Assembly (NCBI GenBank): GCA_030265395.1 | Contig: JARFYF010000017.1 | Span: 26,624,061-26,687,952 of the forward strand | From: Rhina ancylostomus | Taxonomy: Eukaryota | Direction: 5' to 3' | Length of the DNA stretch: 63,892 bases | In this document: positions 35,801 to 49,087 of the stretch, piece after piece | How the letters are laid out: every line of letters starts with the position of its first letter | How positions within the stretch are numbered: the stretch's first letter is position 1 | Program-made: the position numbers and the translations under genes | Notes under the pieces: generated by a model | Database searches by the model: none | The model's input: the letters and a program-made list of their open reading frames with translations, nothing else | Told to the model about the DNA's origin: nothing

Positions 35801-38334
35801 AAATATGTAACCCAGCCATAATATGTAAGAACATGGTTATTCTTTGTATGTTTAAAAATCTGTCCTCAATATGATGTCTTCTTGAATGTCATTATAGACA
35901 GCTCACAGTGCATCGTGACAGAAAGCTGCACAGTGTTAATTGGACATGAGACGATAGAATGGGAGCATTTGAAATGTAGGGCTGATTAGCTTACATTTTG
36001 TTTTCTATAGATTTAAATTACTAAAATTAAAAGTTAAAGAATAAAAACTTGACATTTTTACTAACTAGAAATCAAATGGAACATGCAAACCAGAGGATAA
36101 AAAATCATGTTGAATTTTATTTTTGCAGAGATGCTTTCCAGCAATTGTTGATATTATGGTGCATTAAGACCCTTAGTCTTTTCAGCACTTAGCACAAGTT
36201 CTGTTTTTAATTTTACTGAAACACGTAGAAGTTAACAGACTCAACTTGCATTTGTGATATATTTTAAGTATCTTCTAGATGACTGGTTAGGAAAAAAACA
36301 GATTTTGTAATGCAAGCTGCTAATAACTTTTGACTTCTGGTGTTCCAGATTTAGAGCTCTTCTTTGGCTAGTTATTCTAACTATCAAACAAATAAAATAA
36401 ATGCCAAACTTTTTGGGATAAACTTATTCATAGTTTATGATATTATGAAGCAGTTATTTTGTTGAGGAGTATTTATGTACAATAACCAGGAACATGTTTT
36501 TGTTGGCAATAATAAAATACTCCCGGTACTACATAGCTCAGCAGCATATATCATATTCCTTCCTATCTGCAGATCTACAGTTTACCAGTGTTTTAAATAA
36601 TCATGTTACAATAGGCAGATTAAAACGGACTAGGTAAAAGATTTTTCACAAGTAACAAAGCAATGGCTGTCTGAGGTTGATCCAATCACAGTTTGATTGG
36701 CTGGAGAATTGCTGTGAGCTTAACTAACCTAACTTACAGGTTGAAATGAAGGCAGTCTCTCAGTGCGTAATTAAATGATAAGTTCATATTCAAGGGACAA
36801 TTGTAAGTTACTGAGACTGTCATAGACAACGCCAAAAATAGTCAGTCTCATGATGTATACCCTTATTAACAGCTACACTGCTCTCTGTTCATTGGATCCA
36901 GCCTGGGAATACTATGAGATGAAACCCTGTTTGTAGAGTGTGTCCCTGTAGATCATTTAAAAAGAATCTCAGGAAAGACAAGGCAGAATCTGATCCCTAA
37001 TCAAAACGTGCATCTTTATAGAATTTGATAAGCGTAATATTATAATATAAAACGTATTAGCCAGACATTAATTGAATTAATTTAAGCTCAAAAACAATAT
37101 TATCCACACAAAAGCAATCTTTGTATAATAAAAACATAATTTTTATGGTTTACCAGCAATTATATCTTAACCACATGATTGATGATTCCATAGGAATGTC
37201 ACTATTCTAATAAAATTGTTTTTAAAATACATAGGATATGCCATGGTTTCCTGTAACATTACATTAAAATATTGGGGTTGAAATTCAAAATATTGCACAA
37301 AATTTCCAAGATTATTTCCAACAATCTAAGCTACATAAAAGAATCAAAATGATGAACTGTAACAAGCACATTAGAACTCACACCAATAGCAAATGATTAG
37401 TTAATAATTTTAAGAGAGTCAAAAGTAAGATATTTTAACTCCTTAGCTACCAAAGATGCCTTTTGATGTCATTGTTGCAGTCCCTGGGGTCAGGAATACA
37501 TCAAATGAAGTCAGTTATGCAGTGGATATAGACAGCATCAATGTGACAACCCAATGGGAATCTGTAGTATATGACTTAATACAAGAGTGAGAAAGCTAGG
37601 TCCTCTTAGGATATTTGCATGTTGTATGTGCGCCGGTGTCCCAGATTTTCCTGATCTATGTTGAAGCAAGATCTTTAACTAAATGCTGGATAAGTATGCT
37701 TTTGGACTAGAACATACAATAGAATTCTCCTCAACTTTTCCAAATGGCAAAGGTTTTGTAAAGTTGCATTTCATTTGTTTTCTTTGCGAATACCTCATTA
37801 TCTAGCATTGCTACCGCAACCATCAAATTATCCTCATAATGCTTTAACTATAGCTATAAGGGAGAATGAAACAAATGGATTTAATATAATGGAAGGATTC
37901 TTTGTTATAAATTTTGTACATGGTGCAACTGCATGAAAATCAGATTTTCATTCATTTTCAACCTGTTCCAACCTAAATTTTGATAGTATTAATGCTTTTA
38001 CAGCACCTTGTAGCTATTACTAATATGGGCTGAACAAGGATTACACAAATTGCAAAAAGAAATGATTCATGATATGTAATGTCTCTAGTTGAATATTAAC
38101 TCTCACCATCTGGTGGAAATTATGGGTGGGATGGTGTAGAGGATATAGATGGTTAGCATAGTTGAAATCATGCTAGTTGATATTGTCTTGAATCTGCCCC
38201 TTCACCATGTTTCCTGCTGTCTGATGGTTAGCCTCATGCAATTAATTTATCCAGTGTCCTACAGTCTACAAGGAAGAGCTTTTCATACCTGTTCTACCGT
38301 TGAATATAATCCTATATCTTAAGTCCTCTGGACA

Positions 38335-38820
38335 TGCCCATATCCATTGTTCCCCTTAGAGAATTACAAGGATTTGCCAACCTCTGAGGAAGAAATTCTT
38401 GCTCATCTCAGTCTTTCGTGGGCAACTCCTTATTCTGAGACCATTCCCTGCATCTAGACTCTCAAATCTGAGCAAATAACCTATTGATACGAACCCTGTC
38501 AATTCTCCTGTATGTCTCAATGAGATTACCTCACATTTTTTCTAAATTTAAGAATTTAAGCCAGTCTTACTGAACTTCACATTTTAGGAAATCTGCCTCA
38601 ACCCAGCAATCAAACTGATGAAACTATGAAGGATGAAAGAGCCCAGGTGCAGTCTTATCAAAGCTCTGTACAAATGCAGCAAAGATGATTTATTTTAGCA
38701 AGCCAATCACCCTCACAATAAGGCCCAGCATGTGATAGCCATCACAAATGGTTTCTGTCTACAATGTTTACTTCCTGCATTTGATGGACTAGCAGACTAA
38801 GATCCCTCTGTGCACCAACC
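38335..38820 (-). mobile_element. Decayed CR1 fragment
   Basis: GAAGAAATTCTTGCTCATCTCAGTC...CCAGGTGCAGTCTTATCAAAGCTCTGTACAA is the reverse complement of the LYRAL..HL motif. Confidence 0.75.
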
Positions 38821-41189
38821 TATGGGCAAAGTGGAGGCCCCAAGATGCCTCCTGATCTAAACCTCCATACAACACATATACAATATGAGCCACTATCACT
38901 AGATCTTCCCCACTTATCATGGCATTACCTACTTGGACATACGTTCCTGCTGCCCAGCTGCTGGACATTTGTTTGGGTGCTTAGATTACTGGTCTACTAA
39001 TTAGGTCTATCCTTTGAAATGATCCAGGCCTGACACCACAAGTATTGGCAACTGAAATGCTCAGTTCACCAGCAGCTGTCCAAGTTGAAATGCCCTTTAG
39101 CCTATGGTCTTGCCCAAAATGATGTCTGCTTTAGGAAATAGCAATTACAACTCCAGTAAAATCAGTGCCTTTCACCTTTCAAGTTACAATAACATGAGGG
39201 TGTACCAGATCAAGTATGGCATGTGTTAGATACAAACTGCAGCTCATACTAAGCTACCTATTAATGAATCCCATCCCTTTACCATGCAATATTCCCTCCT
39301 GCACCAGCCTGATACTCTAGCAACACACTTGATCATCTCTGAGGGAGACTATCTAATTAGTATCAGCTATGGTGCAGTTTGATGGTGGATTTTCTGAGAA
39401 GTGTCAGAATGGCATTGGGATGATGGACCAACCACCTCTGTGCAGAACGTGCGATGGTATATTGCTTTTGATTATGTTTTTGGTTCTATAATGCAGTACA
39501 AATTTATTGTATTGAATTTGCCTGTTTTACATTGTTACATTAAACTGAGTCACAACTAGATATAAAATGGCTGTAGATTGCACAAATATTAAAGATATGT
39601 AGACTTATTTTATACCAGTTTTTTTTGTTCATTCAAGTCTGTTTCTGTGTGCAAAATTCCCCAAAACAAGGTATTATTTATTTGACCTGTGGTCGTAGGT
39701 AACCGAATTTTCAGCACTGAGATTATGTAACGCATCACCCAAATAAAGATATTGTTCCAATATGAATTAATAATGGCTTTGAAAATCATGTTTCCCCCAC
39801 CCACTCCCTATGAGCTTCCCAAAATTGCAGAGTGGCAAATTGTAAAAGAATTTTTTGCATGCAACTCTCAGCACCCCTAATATCCTGACTTTACCAAATG
39901 GTTCAATTTCACTGTTTTTTGGAGTAATTTGACTGACAGCATTTTATAACATCATTTTATTCAAGCGAAGAAAATCATTTTCATTTATTAGAGAGGAGAA
40001 TTTTCAAGAACCCACTCAAATTTTAAAAAGCTGTCAGGTCTCCAGTGTTCTGATGCAGCAACATTAGTTTGCTATTTTTTTCAAAGCAAAATACAGAATC
40101 GGATCCAGTNNNNNNNNNNCAGTTGCAGATGGGGTAATGTGTCTCAGATCTTTGTTGCGTGACTGTTAATTATCGAGTGTAAAACCAAACTAATACAAAA
40201 CACCATCTCCTCAAGGTCATACCTTTATTTACTGACAAATCAAAACAAATTTACAATGCAAATAAGTTGAAAAGATTTGTTGTTTATTACAACAGCTATT
40301 ACTGCGATCATTCCACAATTACTAACTTACCTTTTCAACACAGAATTGGTTATTTAGTTGCAGATGTGTAATTACCTGCAACTGTAATTGGATCCCTACA
40401 GTATGGATTCATACAGAAGATAACACGTAAAGGAAAAGCAACACACATTTCAGAAAAAGTAAACAACACTGGCTTTCAGTTTAAGCAGATTCATCTTCTG
40501 TGACAAAGATGAACCAATCTGGTCAAAAAAATTGCACACGGTCAGAATAATAATTCATATAATTTTGTTTTACATATATTCACTATTCATTATAGAGTGT
40601 CATAAATCATTATTTATCCAACCGATATGTAGGCCTCCGCTGCATTGCTTCTTTCTGCATGATTTGACCCAGGTCAGAAATCATGCAAAAATAACCTTTA
40701 ATATGTTCTAAACGACCAGTTTGTAAAATTCAAATTGCACGGACACACATGAAAAAACTGAGAATATTTTTGTAAGTGCAGTAATGTGGAAAGAGCATTT
40801 CACAAACTAAATTCAAAATGTGATAGTACAATAAACCTGTGAGCTTAGTCAGGGAAACAGACACAGCTCCATAGCAGCAGCAGCCAGTCTACACAAATAA
40901 GCATGTTGCACAATAAATACCAGTCATTGCTTTAATTAGGAATTCAATTGCAGTTGGAAACCACTTGCCTCCAGTGAGATTATACCATTTAACATTTCTA
41001 TTAACATTTTTAATCGTTCTTCTTCATTTTAATTTACCCTGCTGTGTTTTCATCAACACAAGTAAAACCTCTTGTTTTCTCTTTTGAAAACGTTAATAGT
41101 ATGAGAAAATTGCTGTCTGGATTTTTTTTAAAAAAGAGCAGTCATTGTTAGAGGTGCACATTGGACTTGTATTTCACATATGCTCATGA

Positions 41190-41835
41190 CGTGGTAGTGC
41201 TTTATGCCGAGTTCCATCATAGGAAGAGATTACCAGGCAGAGAGAAGAAAAAAATCAAGAATGTGCTCCAAGCTCCCTTGAAGAAATGCAACATCCTCAC
41301 CAACTCCTTGGAATCTCTGGCCCGCGATCGAGTGGGGATGGAGCATTTGGGATGGTAATGAGAACTTCAAGTTTGTTTACATTCACAGATAATTCATCCA
41401 TAGTAAAAGTCACACGCTGTCACACGCTGTATGAGTTCCTCAGTAGACCACAGCAAGTATACAGCTGGCCTTGGGTTTTATTTCCTCCTGGCATTTCTAC
41501 TCTTTTTAGTTTTCTTAAATTGTTTTTCCAATTTTGTAAGTTTTACTAATATCCAGCATGTTATTCTGTGGGAGTTCATCCTAAGTTTTAAACCTGCATC
41601 ATTCTTAAACGTGCTGCTACCTAGAAAGATCACAAATTCTTAAAATCTATTTTCCAAGTTCTGTGTAAGCAGCAGGAAGAGCAGACCACCTTAAGATGTC
41701 CACCCATCCACCCTGTAACCCATGACTTGCCATATCAGTTACAACAGTTGCCTACAACAGCCACCTCAGCAGCTCAATAAAACAGAGTGGAAGTAAGTCA
41801 CCCTGAATCCCAAGGGACTGCCTAAGGAAAGGAAG
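41190..41835 (+). mobile_element. RTE LINE 3' fragment interrupted by a foreign insert at 41374-41654
   Basis: ORF 41161-41358 LYAEFHHRKRLPGREKKKIKNVLQAPLKKCNI..SLESLARDR; tail GAGTGGAAGTAAGTCA...GGGACTGCCTAAG. Confidence 0.8.
41374..41654. repeat. Rearranged copy of 42855-43136
   Basis: 41374-41400 is identical to 43110-43136; 41399-~41650 is the diverged reverse complement of ~42858-43111. Confidence 0.9.
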
Positions 41836-42164
41836 TTAGTACTTCTAGCACAGATGTAAAAAAACTCACAATGCATTGCAGTAAATAAAATAATTTCCAG
41901 CTGTTTTAAAATTTGAATGGACATGCCAGGAAGTTATGAAGAATGTGGTAGAACAATAGGGCCAGAAGAAATCCCAGGATGACAAAAGAATAGAGCAGTT
42001 TGCAAAGGTATTGAAATTTCTGCCTTGGTTACTATCAGCGAACATGAGATTAGAGTGCAGAATTAATGCAATAACTAATATTAGTGAGCATAAAATTATG
42101 GTCTGATTCACTTCTCTGTAGGAATTTATTTTTGTCAGGATCAGTGTTTGTTAAATGAAAATGA

Positions 42165-42293
42165 AAAACACAGCAGATGCTGAAAATCTGAAATTCAAAA
42201 CCGAAAATGCTGGAAACACTCAACAGGCCAGGCAGCAACTGTGAAAAGAGAAACAGAGTCAACATTTCAGATCTAAGACTCTTTGTCAGAGTG
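42165..42293 (-). mobile_element. Penelope-like terminal repeat
   Basis: CAGATGCTGAAAATCTGAAAT...GAAAATGCTGGAAACACTCAACAGGCCAGGCAGCA...GAGAAACAGAGTCAACATTTCAG. Confidence 0.75.
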
Positions 42294-44187
42294 GTTTGAT
42301 GGAGTCCAATCAAATTATGGTGGCCTAGTTAGTTGAAAGGCAAGTATATATAACTTTGCAACCCAGCCATCGTAGAGTTTCAGATTCTAAGCCTGTACAT
42401 CATATTGACTTAGATGCCGACAAATTTGGATTTAGGTTGGAAGCAGATGGATGAGGTGCACACCCAATTCTGGCTTTCAGCCTAAAAAAACTTGCCACTG
42501 TCCCTGAGCAAATCTGATATCCAATAGTTGGCTGTCTTTCTGATGCAGCAACAGAAACACTGCTGGACAGTGGGAGAGTTCAGAAGCAGTCAAGATCATT
42601 TTTACTTTCTCTTGTCAACCACTAAAACTGACTCAACCATAAAATAACAACTACAAAACAAAATCTCATCTGTTGTTTGTTAGAAAGAAACCTCACCGAA
42701 GGCCACAAAGAAAAATGAGACACACCAAACAATCTTCCAGTCTTTTGAAGGGCAGCAAAGCACACAGAATGGTGATAAAGGCAGAGATTTTTCCTTTATA
42801 TTTAACAAGAGATATTAATTTGTAGATGTTTATTGAATTTAATGTATTAACAAAAAAAGAGGTTTTTAAGAATTCATGACCTGTCTATAACGCAGCAGGT
42901 TTAAGAATGATGCAGTTTTAAAGCTTATGATCTGTTCTTACAGAATAACATGCTGAATACTAAGAAAACTTATTAAAACAAACTGAAAAACAACTAAGAA
43001 AGCTAAAAAAATAGAAATCTCAGAAGGAAATAAAACCCAAGGACAACTGTAAGCTTGCTGTTGTCGAGTGAGGATTTCATCATTATGTGACAGCATTTGA
43101 CTGTTACTATGTTTACATTCACAGATAATTCATCCAAACTGAAAGTGGTATCAAAGCATTCACATTCATCTGTACATGGCCATTGAATGTCAGATGGTTT
43201 GAGATACCAGCCCAACCATTGTGCTGTTTTTCCCTCTTGGCAACAAGTATACATAAATTCAGATCAGGTTATTTGCATTGACTGATTCAGATCTTTTTGT
43301 TTCACAGTCACCTTTAAACCAGAGTTCAGGGGTGGAAGGTGGAGGTTCAGTTTTCAATGCAAATACACTGCAAATAGAAATTTAAATGTGTAGTCTGAAT
43401 TCTGTGCATGTGGGCATGTTTAAAATAATTTACATGTATATTGTATCTTTCAGGGCTGCAGGATTCCCCTAAGTGTATCACAATTGATAATATTTTGGGA
43501 GAATTTGCATGTTGCAAAGACTGCATTCATCACAACCACAGTGACAAATGGTTGGATTTTAACAGTTAGATGCTGAAGGAGCAATTGACGGAGAGAAGTG
43601 GATGGGGTACAGGATTCCACATGGAGTGCAAAATCCAGAGAGTTGTTAAGTGCACCTGTCACAGACCCTTTTCTCTTTCTGTGGGAGACCATGAAGAGGA
43701 AAAGAAAGTAAATTGGTGGTGGAGGAGAAAATGTTGAAGATAAGTGGAGTCTTGGGATGCCCGCCCATCAGAGATGAGAGTTTCTCTGCTACCAGATGGC
43801 AGAATTAAATATCATCAATTTACAACACTTACAGTAGTCAATCACGTCGACTTAGTATCAATAACCAGTTCTACCATGTTCTACCATATATAACCATGTT
43901 CGACTATTCTGATCTAGAAAAGACTCACTCATGTATTTTATCACCCACAGGGTCTCCACACATGCAACAGGAGATGGATGAAGTTGCTGAGGACATTTCT
44001 TCAGTAAAACTAAATCCCTTTGAGTGATCTCTAATCCCATGCAAATATTCACACTTCAGTGGATCAGACAGACAGCTAGTTTGGTTTCCACCAGTGACTC
44101 ATGCTTCAAAAATGAGCAATAGCAGATGGTGAAGTCAAGGTCAAGATTATAGAGGTTGCATTGGAGGAAGCAAGATAACTTGCATAC

Positions 44188-44380
44188 AAATTAGGAGCAG
44201 GAGGAGCCCACTTGGCCCCCTTGAGTCTGCTCAGCCATTCAATAAGATAATGACTGAGCTGGCTGTAACCTCAACTAAATATACCCACCTTCTCACAACA
44301 AACTTTCACCTCCTTACTTATTTAGAATCTGTCTGCCTATGCCTTAAAATATTCAAAACCTTTGTTTCCTTGACCATTTG
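44188..44380 (-). mobile_element. CR1 3' tail
   Basis: TAGGAGCAGGAG...GGCCCCCTTGAGTCTGCTCAGCCATTCAATAAGAT. Confidence 0.75.
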
Positions 44381-45905
44381 GCACAACCCTCCTCCCTCCA
44401 AATTCTGCAGATGATATATTTCAGGGGAAAGGTCAATAAATAAGATAACTGTGGAGCAGTTGCAGAGAATGACCAGTTCATAAGCAGATATCAGAATTCC
44501 ATACCTCAAGACTGCAAAGAGAGTGGAGTTCATCTCAAGTTTAAGTTTCAGGCAAGTGTGATGTTTTCTTTAAAGCACAGGATGGCCAACTACATAGAAC
44601 ACCAAATAGTGCAATCAAATGAATATATGTGGGCTTTGAACAAGGGCTTGCAGGCTCTGGCCACACTAAGTAGTTCAACAGTATCCCAGTATCAGCTGAG
44701 TTTTACACCCAATTAACCTGAGGTAAGCTCTTCCGCACAGAAAGAGCAATGCAAATGGATTCCAAGAGAGCAAATGGCTTTCTTTCATTCTCCCTCTCCC
44801 AGAGTCAGTCTCCAAAATGTTCAATTGTATCCCCATAGTCAAGTCTCCCCCTGCAGAGGCAGAGCTTCAAAATGTAGAAGAATTCAACCAGTTGTGAGTT
44901 AGAGTAAGAATGAGAGCGGCCTGCTTTGACCAGAGGTTGCACTCACAAAAACAATAGTAGAAATGGTTACATTTGGGTGATACACTGCATAGGCATTTGG
45001 GTCTCTTACACATTGTCATATTGTTCAAGGTTTTTTTGTTCATTTGATGGAGATAAATATCTTTGCCAGCATCATTTTCCATGCTGCCAGTTCTTTGTTG
45101 TTCATTGACAGGTGGCCTTTTCAGTTATGTGTTGGTGAATGGGAGGACCGGAGTTGATAGCATCAGACTGAATATGGAAGGGATACTTTGTTGGTTGCAG
45201 GATTGCTCTTGTGTTAGTGATATTGGAAGTGAGAAGAGCTGGGAGGAAATGGCTTTTTGGCTTTTACAGGAAATTTTGTGATGGGTGAATTGCTAATACC
45301 TGAGTGTGTCTCACATTAATCTGGACATCATGGGTAGCAAACTATAGGGCAGGTAATACAGTGCATTCAACACCTTGCCTCACCTTCCTCTTCTTTTTCC
45401 TTGTCAGAATCCTTTAAAGAAACTTTACACGTTTTTCCGCAGGTACAAACCTCACTACTGGACAATGTTGGGTAGAACACACCAACTGCACATCAAGAAA
45501 GTGGTGTCTTTGGACATGATAAACACTGCTGGGTGATCAATGTACATCTTGTTGGCCATGTTCACAACTGATCAAGTCCTGCACCTACACAAAAGCAGCC
45601 AGATCTACAGACTATTCATTCTGACTGCTATCACAGGTCATCTATCAGTGGTCTTTATCCGTTAATGTGCTAATTATTGTGAGATCCTGAATTTCTCTCT
45701 GGTGGAACCTCAGAATGATCCAATGGCCAAAACGTTGAGGGAGGTGATAACATTGACAATGGCTGGGAAAGCAAGGCCGGTGGGATGAATTAACACCAGA
45801 GCCTGTACAAGCAGGCTGGAGATGATGTGATCCCCTGCACTTCCTGTGATACTGGTTGGGAGCTTATCTTGTGCTTTGATTCCCCTTATGCTGTGGGTAA
45901 TTTCC

Positions 45906-46279
45906 TGTCATGGTTCTGAGTACTGGCCCTCAATTTGCCTCCTTTGATGATGCCTTGTTGTACAGCACATGGATTCCATGCTTGACTGATTGCATAATGA
46001 CACACACCTGAGCTCCATCAGGGGCCTAGCCTAAGCACCTGGGTTTCTCTAGCACTAGTTGCCAGAGTATTGGTTATCCTTTGGCTCCTGGCTCCTCCTG
46101 AGCAGTCTTGCATTCTCTGTTCCTCTTTAGATATCCAGTTCATGTTGGGATTCCTCCTCAAATCCCTGAGGCAAGATTCCTTTCAGTTGCTGCCTGTGTT
46201 TGGTCCTGAGGAAGTGTCTTATACCAGTGTGCTGCTTTTGGGTTCTCTGTGAGCTTGCTCTTTGCTCAACATTGTGACA
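45906..46279 (+). mobile_element. Gypsy-type solo LTR
   Basis: TGTCA...TGACA termini, CACACCTG and TTGCCAGAGTATT internal motifs, and a second partial copy at 51442-51557. Confidence 0.65.
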
Positions 46280-47544
46280 GGATTGGGACTTGGAGACTGA
46301 TTGAAAAATGGCAAATAGTACACAATCTATCAGGACCTTTGAAATAAGCTCTCTAATCACCTGCTAGCACTTTTTGATTGCTAGACTTTCTTTGTTTCAT
46401 TGGTTGTTTCAGTGAAATTTATCCTCATTTCCTCTTACAATTTATTTGTTACAGCGTGTAAAGATCCATCCAGTTTGGAATGAAGTTATCTGAAATCTCA
46501 TTACAAACTCAATTTGGTTTTCTGACAGTTGGGCTTTCTCCAGATTAGATTATTACACTTTCACAACAAGGTATAGTCTGAACTGGTTTGACAATGAAAG
46601 TATAAAGGTAGATTCACTCAGTACTTCCCAATTCTTGCAGATAAGTTGTTCTAATTCTAGGCCACACACTCTGTTAACATTGTCCCTATCATCTATGCAA
46701 TTCTCCCACATTAGCCTGAGTACATTCAGATATCTACAGTAAAAGAAGATAATCTACTTAACATGGAAATATTCCACAGAGGGAGAAGGGACAAATCCAA
46801 GGCCTCCCTGGGAAAAAAAAGACCTCCATATAGATGGAATAAGACTCAATGTGATCTTTGCCACCAAAATCTTAAATTTGTGAGTTTGAGGGTCAGTGGC
46901 AGATTGTGCCACACTACTGAGCCACTCAGAATAGTACCGCCTCTGTTTGATGCAAAATTTGACTTGTATTTTAACCAGTTCAGTTTATTTTGGCTATAAA
47001 CTGATTTCAACCTATTAGTAGTATAGCCTGATAGGGCCAAAATGTTTGCACCTGTCCCTATGAATGTTACAAGTGTAAAAGTGGGGATGGTGTCATTATT
47101 GACTCAGCCAAGTCAATCATTGATATAGTCTTTTGTGCCAAATAAAGAAGGGTTACAGTTCAGAGCCAAGAAAAATAATCCAAATGACATATTGCAAGGA
47201 TTGAGGGTTGAATGTTAATTCTTGGAAGAGGAATTATAAATTATCTTTCAAAATACCTTCATGGTTACATGTATGCTATATAAGGAAATAATCATGCAGC
47301 ACTCATTTTGCTGTCATACGGCACAGAAGCAGGTTCTTCAGTCACTGAGTGCACATACTTTATAATAAGAATGGAATCAGCTGAGTCCAGCCCCATCGAT
47401 GTGGACAGCGGAGTACATTGGTGAAGGATAACATGGGAAACGATGTCAAACATTTGGATCTTTATCCTTAAAACAGAGCACAAGTTCTTGAGGACATTTA
47501 TAGAGATGATAATTCTTACATTTTCATTGCTCTATCTTTGATAG

Positions 47545-47735
47545 TTATGCCCTTAGCTGCCTAGGCCCTGAATGCTGGAACTCCTTCCTAACACTCCACT
47601 TCTCTATTTCTCCTTATTCAAGGTGTTTTGAACATGCAATTATGTTTAGTGCCAGATTTTTGTCTGATTATACACGTATGAAGTACTTTGGAACATTTTA
47701 TTATGTCACAAGGATTATAAGTGGATATAAGTGCT
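47545..47735 (+). mobile_element. L2-like LINE 3' end
   Basis: AGCTGCCTAGGCCCTGAATGCTGGAACTCC...TGAAGTACTTTGGAACATTTTATTATGT. Confidence 0.55.
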
Positions 47736-48084
47736 CACTACAATCCTCTTAAATGCAAGTCTCCATGAGATTTAGGATAATTTTAGGAATTTAATTTCAG
47801 TATCAACTTCAGTGAATGTTTTGCATACTTTTTACTTGTTATTCCTCAAAACAGTTTTCACCAAGAGGCTACTAAATAAGTCTTGATTTCAGATGGCATT
47901 GTTCCTGCCCATCATCCCAGTCTCTGGAAGAGAGAAAGTATGGTTACCCACAGTGAAGATACCCAACTTCAATTATCTCCTGATGTTTTCTCACAAACTT
48001 TCTGCAATTGTCTGATCCCGAATATGTTTTAACTACTCTGAGCCATAATTAAGCAAACTAATTGTGAACAGTTGATATTGGGCC

Positions 48085-48193
48085 AAATCTGAGGCCAATG
48101 TAGATCAGTCATGATTATATTGAATGGCAGATCAGGCTTGAAGAGTTAGTTGGCCTATTCCCGCACTTATTTTTTTCTGTTCTTGTGTTCTTA
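48085..48193 (+). mobile_element. CR1 3' tail
   Basis: GATCAGTCATGAT...GAATGGCAGATCAGGCTTGAAG...GGCCTATTCC...TTCTTGTGTTCTTA. Confidence 0.75.
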
Positions 48194-49087
48194 GTGTGTT
48201 CGCAACTGAAGGCATGATCAGTAGTGCTGGAATACTTAAATTCAGGAATTTAATACTGGTGAAGAAACCAATATTGGAGGAGTACAGTCTTATTTTAAGA
48301 GGGTTGTCAGCAAGAGTGAAAAAGAGGCAAGATCAAGGAGAGATTTGAAAGCCAGGGAGAAATTCCAAAACATGTTTTACTATGAGTTGTTTCACCTGGC
48401 AATGGATGATAGTTAAACAATCCAGATTCAGACTAATTTGTTTTCATATTACTAATTAAATTGAAAAATATTTAATGCTGCATATTCTGAATTGATTAAG
48501 GCAGTAAAGTAACTTAAAATACCTTAAGGACCAATATAAGAGATGCATTTTATACTGCCAGTAAAATCTAAATAATTAGTAGTGGGTTATTTATAACCTG
48601 ACATTCTGCCCATTAACTTAAACTTGAAAAGATTTAATGCAACAATTTTGAAGTGTTTAGTTCACTCCTTCAAATATGTCCAGTAAGCAACATAGGATTC
48701 GTAATGATTATGTTTTGAAACTTACAGGGAATTGTTCGACCTTTTGATGAATGGGACCAAAACAGAATGAATTAATTGTTTCAGTATTTAGTGTCCATGG
48801 AGGTGTTTGATTGAATCAGATTCTCAGGTTGATGAAGCAAGGGGTGGTGCTCAAGGTTCAGCAGTAAAATAGATTTACTAGTATGTGGGCAACCCCAGAT
48901 GACACTTGATATTATTAAGGTCCAAATTGGACTTTTTGTAAGCAGCAATAGCAGGGCAGATGAAGCTCAGTATGAGGGCAAGTCTTGCAATAAAACATTG
49001 GGGAGAGCTAATATGTGTTAATGATTATATTGAAACAGATGTCAAATCTTTTACATCCTGCATGTTGCACAATTGCAGACCACTTGT

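Noticed and set aside
45480-45900. Possible Harbinger transposase remnant
   Set aside because: No convincing DDE motif could be read in any frame.
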